Positions 58,712 through 64,000 of a stretch of 64,000 nt of DNA are shown here, piece by piece; position 1 is the first letter of the stretch, and every line of letters begins with the position of its first letter. The translations under genes were made by a program, and so were the position numbers. Location of the stretch: the NCBI GenBank assembly GCA_039028615.1, contig JBCCHT010000032.1, positions 1 through 64,000 on the forward strand, written 5' to 3'. This stretch comes from Myxococcota bacterium (GTDB taxonomy: Bacteria > Myxococcota_A > Polyangia > Nannocystales > Nannocystaceae). Below the pieces are notes generated by a model, which had not been told where the DNA came from, searched no databases, and saw only the letters and a list, made by a program, of their open reading frames with translations.

Positions 58712-61612
58712 ATGACTGCTGCCGGCGATCGGGCGACGCGCGAGGGGGGAAGTGTTCCCACCATGGTCGACGAGGAGTCGGGTCAGCCACGCCCCGGAGA
58801 GCCGGCGGTCGGCGCCACCATCGGTCGCTACCAGATCCTCTCCCGCGTCGGGGCCGGAGCGATGGGAGCCGTGTTCGCGGCGCACGATCCGATGCTCGCC
58901 CGACGGATCGCCTTGAAGGTCCTGCACCCGGGGCGGCGAGGGCCGGTGGCGCAGCAACGCCTGCTGCGCGAGGCCCAGGCGCTGGCGCGGCTCGGTCATC
59001 CCAACGTGGTCACCGTCAACGACGTGGGCACGGAGGGCGACCTGCTGTACATCGCCATGGAGCTCGTCGAGGGGCAGAGCTTGGGCAAGTGGCTCGAGGC
59101 CTCACCGCGAGCATGGTCCGAGGTGCTCGACATCGTGCTGCAGGCGGGGCGAGGCCTGGCTGCGGTGCACCGGGCCGACCTCGTGCACCGCGATTTCAAG
59201 CCCGAGAACGTGATGGTCAGCGAGGGGCGGGCGCTCGTCGCCGACTTCGGCATCGCACAGAGCAAGGACGACGACGACTGGGCCGGGTCGAGCGATTCGA
59301 TGCCTTCGCGCGGTGGCGATGATGGCCGACACCTCGAGATCTCCGACCGGCTGACGCAGACGGGGACGATGCTCGGCACGCCGCGCTACATGGCCCCCGA
59401 GCAGTTCCTGAGTGAGCCGGTCGACTCGCGCACCGATCAGTTTTCGTTTTGCATCGTGCTGTGGGAGGCGCTGTACGGCCAGCATCCCTTCTCGGCGGGC
59501 TCGCTGACGTCACTGACGATGTCGATCACTTTGGGCGAGCTGCAGCCGCCGCCGTCGGGGCACGGCGTGCCGCCGCGGATCCATCGGGTCTTGGTCCGAG
59601 GGCTGTCCACGCGGCCCGCCGATCGCTTCGCGTCGATGCCGGCGCTGCTGAGCGAGCTGGAGCGGGCCGCGGCCCCTCGTCAGAAGGCGCTGGTGCTGGG
59701 CGTCGTCGCGGCCCTGGCCGTGGGTGGGGTTGCCCTCGCGGCGTATTTGCCCGCCTCGAGCACCACCGCGTGCGACGGGCGAGGGAGCATGGACGCCACG
59801 TGGGGCCCCGACGATGCGCGGCAGCTGCAGGAGGCCTTCGAAGCGACCGGCATCCCGATGGCGCGGGCCAACGGTCAGCAGGTCGTGCGGCGGCTCGAAG
59901 ACTACGCCGAGCGCTGGGTGCAGGCCCATGGCGCCCAGTGTCTCGAGCGGCGGGACGCGGATGCCGAGACCCAGATCCTGCTCGATCGTCGGATCGCTTG
60001 CTTGAAGGAGCGGCGAGGGAGCCTGGACGCGCTGATCCAGGTCTTGCAGGACCCCGATCCCACCATCGTCGAGAATGCGGCGAGCGCCGTGCTGGAGCTC
60101 GGTGAACTCTCGGCCTGTGCCGACGACGAGCGCCTGGCCGCCGAGGCGGAGCGTACGGTCGAACCCCGCCTGGCCGCGCGGGTCGAGGATGCGCAGCAGC
60201 AGCTCGACCAGGTCCGGGCTCTACAGTCGGCCAGAGCCGACGATCGTGGGCTGGAGCGGCTCGACGAGATCGAGGCCCAGCTCCGTAGCATCGATTACTT
60301 GCCGCTCCAGGCCGAGGTGTCCTTCCTCCGCGGCACGCTGCTCGACCACCAAGGCGAAAGCGATCGGGGACGGGCGGAGGTCGAGCGGGCCTTCGAGATC
60401 GCGACGGCGCAGGGCATGGACGAACTGGTGGCCAAGTCGGCGTTGCGCTTGACCAACATCGCATGGACCATGGGCGCGACCGCCGATCAAGCGCGTCGAT
60501 GGGCTCGCCACGCCGACGCGGCCATCGCTCGTCTTGGCCGCCCACCTCGGCTGCAGGTCGACTACCTGGAGTTTTCGTCCTTCGTCCTCGAGCGCGAGGG
60601 CAACCACCGGGAGGCGCAAGCCTTGCTTCGCGAGGCCCTGGCCCTCGTGCAGCGAGAGATGCCCGACAACCAGGTCGCGGCTTCGCATGTGCACTCGGCT
60701 CTGGGTCGGATCGCGTTGATGCTCGGCGAACACGACGAGGCCATCGAGCAGTACGGGCTCGCGCACGACCGGCTCACGGCCGCACTGGGCGAGGCGCACC
60801 CGGGGGCGGTGAGCATCCTGGGGTCGATGCAGGAGGTCTATCGGGCGCAGGGCAAGTTCGCCGAGGCGCACGCTCTGGACGAGCGGGTGTTCCCGCTGCT
60901 GGTCGCTGCGTACGGACCCAAACACCCCGAGGTGGTCAGCATGCTCGTCAAGCGGGGGTCGTTGCTCGCCTCCGAGGGCTTTGCCGAGGATGCGCTCGAG
61001 TACTACGGCCGGGCGCTCCGGATCACCGAGGAGCGCTACGGCCCCGACCATACCGGGGTGGGGGTCATTCGCTCCAATCGCGGGGTCGTGCTGAGTTCGA
61101 TTGGACGCCACGATGAAGCGGTGGCCGATCAGCGTCGGGCCTTGCGAATCGCGGAAGCGGTGTTTCCCGCCGAGCACCGGCGGATCGCCATCGCGCTGGA
61201 CAATCTGGGCTCTGCGCTGGTGGGCGCCGGGCGGCCTGCCGAGGCAATTCCCCTGCACCGCCGCAGTCTGCCGATCTGGTCCCGCCAGGGGGATCACTCC
61301 CCGAGCCTGGCCATCTCGCTCACCGACCAGGCGCTGGCGTTGCTCGAGCACGGTGAATCGGCCGAGGCGGTGCCGCTGGTCGAGCGGGCGGTGAAGATCT
61401 TCGAGTCTCGGACCATCGATCCGCTAGAGCTGGCCCGAGCCCGCTTCACCCTGGCGCGGTCGCTCGCGGCGAGCAACCGGGACTCGGCTCGCGCCCGACA
61501 GCTGGCCTCTCGTGCCCGTGCGGCCTATGTCGACGGCGGCGAGCGACGGTACGAACACGTGGACGCCATCGATCTGTGGACCCAGGGTCTTCAGGCCGCG
61601 GACGACGGGTAG
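58712..61612 (+). CDS. Ser/Thr protein kinase with TM helix and TPR repeats
   Basis: VGAGAMGAVF, HRDFKPENV, DFGIA and GTPRYMAPE; TPRs (GPKHPEV). Paralogous in architecture to 24,909-27,863. Confidence 0.96.
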   Translation: MTAAGDRATREGGSVPTMVDEESGQPRPGEPAVGATIGRYQILSRVGAGAMGAVFAAHDPMLARRIALKVLHPGRRGPVAQQRLLREAQALARLGHPNVVTVNDVGTEGDLLYIAMELVEGQSLGKWLEASPRAWSEVLDIVLQAGRGLAAVHRADLVHRDFKPENVMVSEGRALVADFGIAQSKDDDDWAGSSDSMPSRGGDDGRHLEISDRLTQTGTMLGTPRYMAPEQFLSEPVDSRTDQFSFCIVLWEALYGQHPFSAGSLTSLTMSITLGELQPPPSGHGVPPRIHRVLVRGLSTRPADRFASMPALLSELERAAAPRQKALVLGVVAALAVGGVALAAYLPASSTTACDGRGSMDATWGPDDARQLQEAFEATGIPMARANGQQVVRRLEDYAERWVQAHGAQCLERRDADAETQILLDRRIACLKERRGSLDALIQVLQDPDPTIVENAASAVLELGELSACADDERLAAEAERTVEPRLAARVEDAQQQLDQVRALQSARADDRGLERLDEIEAQLRSIDYLPLQAEVSFLRGTLLDHQGESDRGRAEVERAFEIATAQGMDELVAKSALRLTNIAWTMGATADQARRWARHADAAIARLGRPPRLQVDYLEFSSFVLEREGNHREAQALLREALALVQREMPDNQVAASHVHSALGRIALMLGEHDEAIEQYGLAHDRLTAALGEAHPGAVSILGSMQEVYRAQGKFAEAHALDERVFPLLVAAYGPKHPEVVSMLVKRGSLLASEGFAEDALEYYGRALRITEERYGPDHTGVGVIRSNRGVVLSSIGRHDEAVADQRRALRIAEAVFPAEHRRIAIALDNLGSALVGAGRPAEAIPLHRRSLPIWSRQGDHSPSLAISLTDQALALLEHGESAEAVPLVERAVKIFESRTIDPLELARARFTLARSLAASNRDSARARQLASRARAAYVDGGERRYEHVDAIDLWTQGLQAADDG

Positions 61613-61959
61613 AGCCGTCGCCCGGTCTCCCACGACGCGATCGCCAGCGCCAGCGCAGCCGTCGCGGGCGCGAACTCTCCGTCACCGATGGCGACATGGG
61701 CCGTGGCAGCGAGGATGAGCTCGTAGAAGAACCCGGCGTAGGCCAGGTTGGTGAGCAGCGGGGACTTGCGGGTCAGGATCGCGGTCAGCCCCAGGAGCTT
61801 GGCGATTGCCAACGGACAGATGATGTACGCGGGGTAGCCGAGGGTCGCGAACTTGTCGGCGACCATGTCGTGCTGCACGAAGTACATCACTGCGCCCATC
61901 CCGATGAGCGCGGTGAACAGCCCGGTGGTGATGCGGTACGTCAGCTTGGTTTTGTTCAT
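61591..61959 (-). CDS. DoxX-like membrane protein
   Basis: YRITTGLF, LGYPAYI, AKLLG and AYAGFF; four TM helices. Confidence 0.88.
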   Translation of the reverse strand: MNKTKLTYRITTGLFTALIGMGAVMYFVQHDMVADKFATLGYPAYIICPLAIAKLLGLTAILTRKSPLLTNLAYAGFFYELILAATAHVAIGDGEFAPATAALALAIASWETGRRLYPSSAA

Positions 61960-62158
61960 CGTGCTCGCAAGCTAGGGCGCACCCGCGGACGCTTCGACGC
62001 TCGAGTTTGCGTACCGGCCGTGCATTCGTGCACAGCCCCATGAACTCCCGAATTCGGCCGTGAACGGTGGATCTGAGGTGTTCCACCGGGCGGGGCCAGG
62101 CAAGGCTGGCCACGACCGTGCTGCCGTGCACGGCCGTGGTGCGCCAAAGGCGAGGGGC

Positions 62159-63952
62159 TCAGAGCCAGGCCGGATCGAGGTCCACGTAGGACTCGTCGTG
62201 CTTGCAGCGATGGGCGAGCACGCGGACCCGCGGGAGCTCGGCATCGAAGAAATGCGCCGCCGCGGCCAGCTTGCCGCGCAGGAACCCCTCGGAACCTCGA
62301 CCTGCCGCCAGCATGTGCGTGGCCGTGCTGGCTTGCTTGAGCCACTGCCAGGCCACCGCGATGGTGGAGAGCAGATCGAGGAAGTCGGTCGCGTGGGCGA
62401 GGGCCCCCGACAGGTCCTTGGGTGCCCGTGCACCGAGATGACCGACCACGCCGCTGGCTCGGCCCATGGCGTCGAGCAGCGCCGGCCCGAAGCGAGCGTC
62501 GACGCCGGCTTCTTCCGCGGCCCGCACGTCGGATTGGATCTGCTCGGCGAGCATGGCCAGCGAGCGCCCCTGCTCGCGAAGGACCTTGCGGCCCAGCAGG
62601 TCCAGGGCCTGGATCCCGGTGGTGCCCTCGTGGATGGTGTTGAGCTTCTGATCGCGCAGCCAGGCCTCGGGCAGGTACTCGCTGCTATAGCCGTAGCCGC
62701 CGTGGATCTGCAGCGCCAGGGCATTGGCGTCGAAGCCCCGCTCGGCGGGGAAGCTCTTGGTGATGGGCGTGATGAGGTCGAGCAGGGCCTGGGCGCGCTC
62801 GCGCTCCTTTTTGTCCTCGCCGTGGGCCACCACGTCGGCCCAGCGCGCGGCCTCCATCACCAGCGACAGCCCGCCCTCGACGATCGCCTTTTGTCGCACC
62901 AGCATGCGTCGCACGTCCGCGTGCTCGATGATCGGCACGGGGGCTCGCTTCGGGTCGCGGTCGCCGATGGGGCGCCCCTGCGGCCGGCCGCGCGCGTAGA
63001 GCAGAGACTCGTGATACGCGACCGAGGCCGTCGCGGTGGCGTTGAGGCCGACCATGATCCGCGCCTCGTTCATCATCTGGAACATGCAGGCCAGGCCGCG
63101 ATGCTCGGGGCCCACGAGCCACCCGTGACAGTCGCCGCGCTCACCGAAGTTCAGCGCCAGGCTGGGAAGTCCACGCCAGCCGATCTTGTGGATCGCCCCC
63201 GCGACGCTGACGTCGTTGTCGACCCACTGCCCGTCGTGCTCGCGGCGCTGCGGCACGGCGAACAGCGAGATCCCGGCCGTGCCCTCGGGCGCCCCTTCGA
63301 TGCGGGCCAGGGTCATGTTGACGACGTTGTCGGTGATCCCGTGGTCGGAGGCGGAGATGAAGATCTTCGAACCCGAGATCCGGTAGCTCCCGTCCGGCAT
63401 GGGGGTGGCCTTGGTGGTGATGTCGCCCAGGCTCGAGCCGGCCTGCGGCTCGGTGAGCGCCATGGTGCCCGTCCACCGCCCCTCGAGCATCGGCACCATG
63501 AAGCGCTCGCGGACCTCGTCGCTGCCGAAGCTCTCGACCAGGTGAGCCGCGCCGCGAGTCAGCCCGACGTAGCCGAACGCGCTCCCGTTGGCGGCCATGA
63601 GATACAGGTCGGCCGCGGTCGAGATCAGCAAGGGCAAGCACAGACCGCCGACCGACTCGGGTCGCGTCACGCTGAGCAGGCCGAGGTCGACCATGCGCGG
63701 CCAGATCTCGTGCATGGCGGAGTGAGCCAGGACCCGACCGTCTTCGAGGGCGGGCGGGGCCTCGTCCATCGGGCGGTACGCGGGCCACAAGGTCTCCCGG
63801 GCCAGGCGTCGCGAGCTTCCGATGAACAGGTCGAAGGTCTCGCGATCGTGCTCGCCGAACGCAGACAGCTGCGTCAGCGCCTCGGCATCGTGCACTTCAT
63901 AGAGCAGGAACTCGATGTCGCGATCGTCGACGAGCGGATTGGCGTCGGACAT
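62159..63952 (-). CDS. Acyl-CoA dehydrogenase
   Basis: GTMALTEPQAGSSL, GSKIFIS, MFQMMNEARI, LQIHGGYGY and IHEGTTGIQALDLLGRK. Confidence 0.96.
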   Translation of the reverse strand: MSDANPLVDDRDIEFLLYEVHDAEALTQLSAFGEHDRETFDLFIGSSRRLARETLWPAYRPMDEAPPALEDGRVLAHSAMHEIWPRMVDLGLLSVTRPESVGGLCLPLLISTAADLYLMAANGSAFGYVGLTRGAAHLVESFGSDEVRERFMVPMLEGRWTGTMALTEPQAGSSLGDITTKATPMPDGSYRISGSKIFISASDHGITDNVVNMTLARIEGAPEGTAGISLFAVPQRREHDGQWVDNDVSVAGAIHKIGWRGLPSLALNFGERGDCHGWLVGPEHRGLACMFQMMNEARIMVGLNATATASVAYHESLLYARGRPQGRPIGDRDPKRAPVPIIEHADVRRMLVRQKAIVEGGLSLVMEAARWADVVAHGEDKKERERAQALLDLITPITKSFPAERGFDANALALQIHGGYGYSSEYLPEAWLRDQKLNTIHEGTTGIQALDLLGRKVLREQGRSLAMLAEQIQSDVRAAEEAGVDARFGPALLDAMGRASGVVGHLGARAPKDLSGALAHATDFLDLLSTIAVAWQWLKQASTATHMLAAGRGSEGFLRGKLAAAAHFFDAELPRVRVLAHRCKHDESYVDLDPAWL

Positions 63953-64000
63953 GGTGCCTCCATACCAGAGGTCGCGCCGGTTAGATCTCCATCCGGCGGC

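Noticed and set aside
62107..62121. GG-N10-GC sigma54-like element
   Set aside because: It points toward the 3' end of a minus-strand gene with no plus-strand gene downstream, and the match to consensus is poor.

Overview
The window is a composite. Bases 1 to about 1,200 are AT-rich, eukaryote-like DNA containing a cleanly spliced 117-nt exon of an alpha-tubulin N-acetyltransferase (ATAT1/MEC-17 family). At about 1,200-1,207 this joins abruptly, mid-gene, to very GC-rich bacterial DNA that fills the rest of the window. The bacterial gene content (many Ser/Thr kinase-TPR proteins, Cys-rich lipoproteins, FHA, sigma54 activator, CHAT protease, ECF sigma) points to a myxobacterium, probably Nannocystaceae-like (inference). 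About 40 genes are supportable, including amtB-glnK, an orphan vgrG locus, BlaI/BlaR1 with a visible operator, DUF885, a class I terpene synthase, a lipoxygenase, a class III cyclase, TetR plus desaturase, S8/CHAT/anti-sigma/ECF, GH109, Kelch, MATE and an acyl-CoA dehydrogenase. No rRNA, tRNA, CRISPR array or transposase was seen. Best candidates for undescribed systems: (1) a two-gene RiPP-like cassette at 46,825-49,015, with a 72-aa precursor (double-glycine-type leader, W-x-x-W-x-x-W core), an intergenic hairpin and a JmjC/cupin oxygenase carrying two RRE/PqqD-like domains; (2) a lipoxygenase translationally coupled to a small PCP-motif protein resembling heme-thiolate peroxygenases, a candidate oxylipin pathway (33,309-36,259); (3) a lipoprotein with glucan-water-dikinase-like domain order (15,959-18,055). 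All family calls come from motif recognition by eye. No database searches were run, and several start codons are uncertain.
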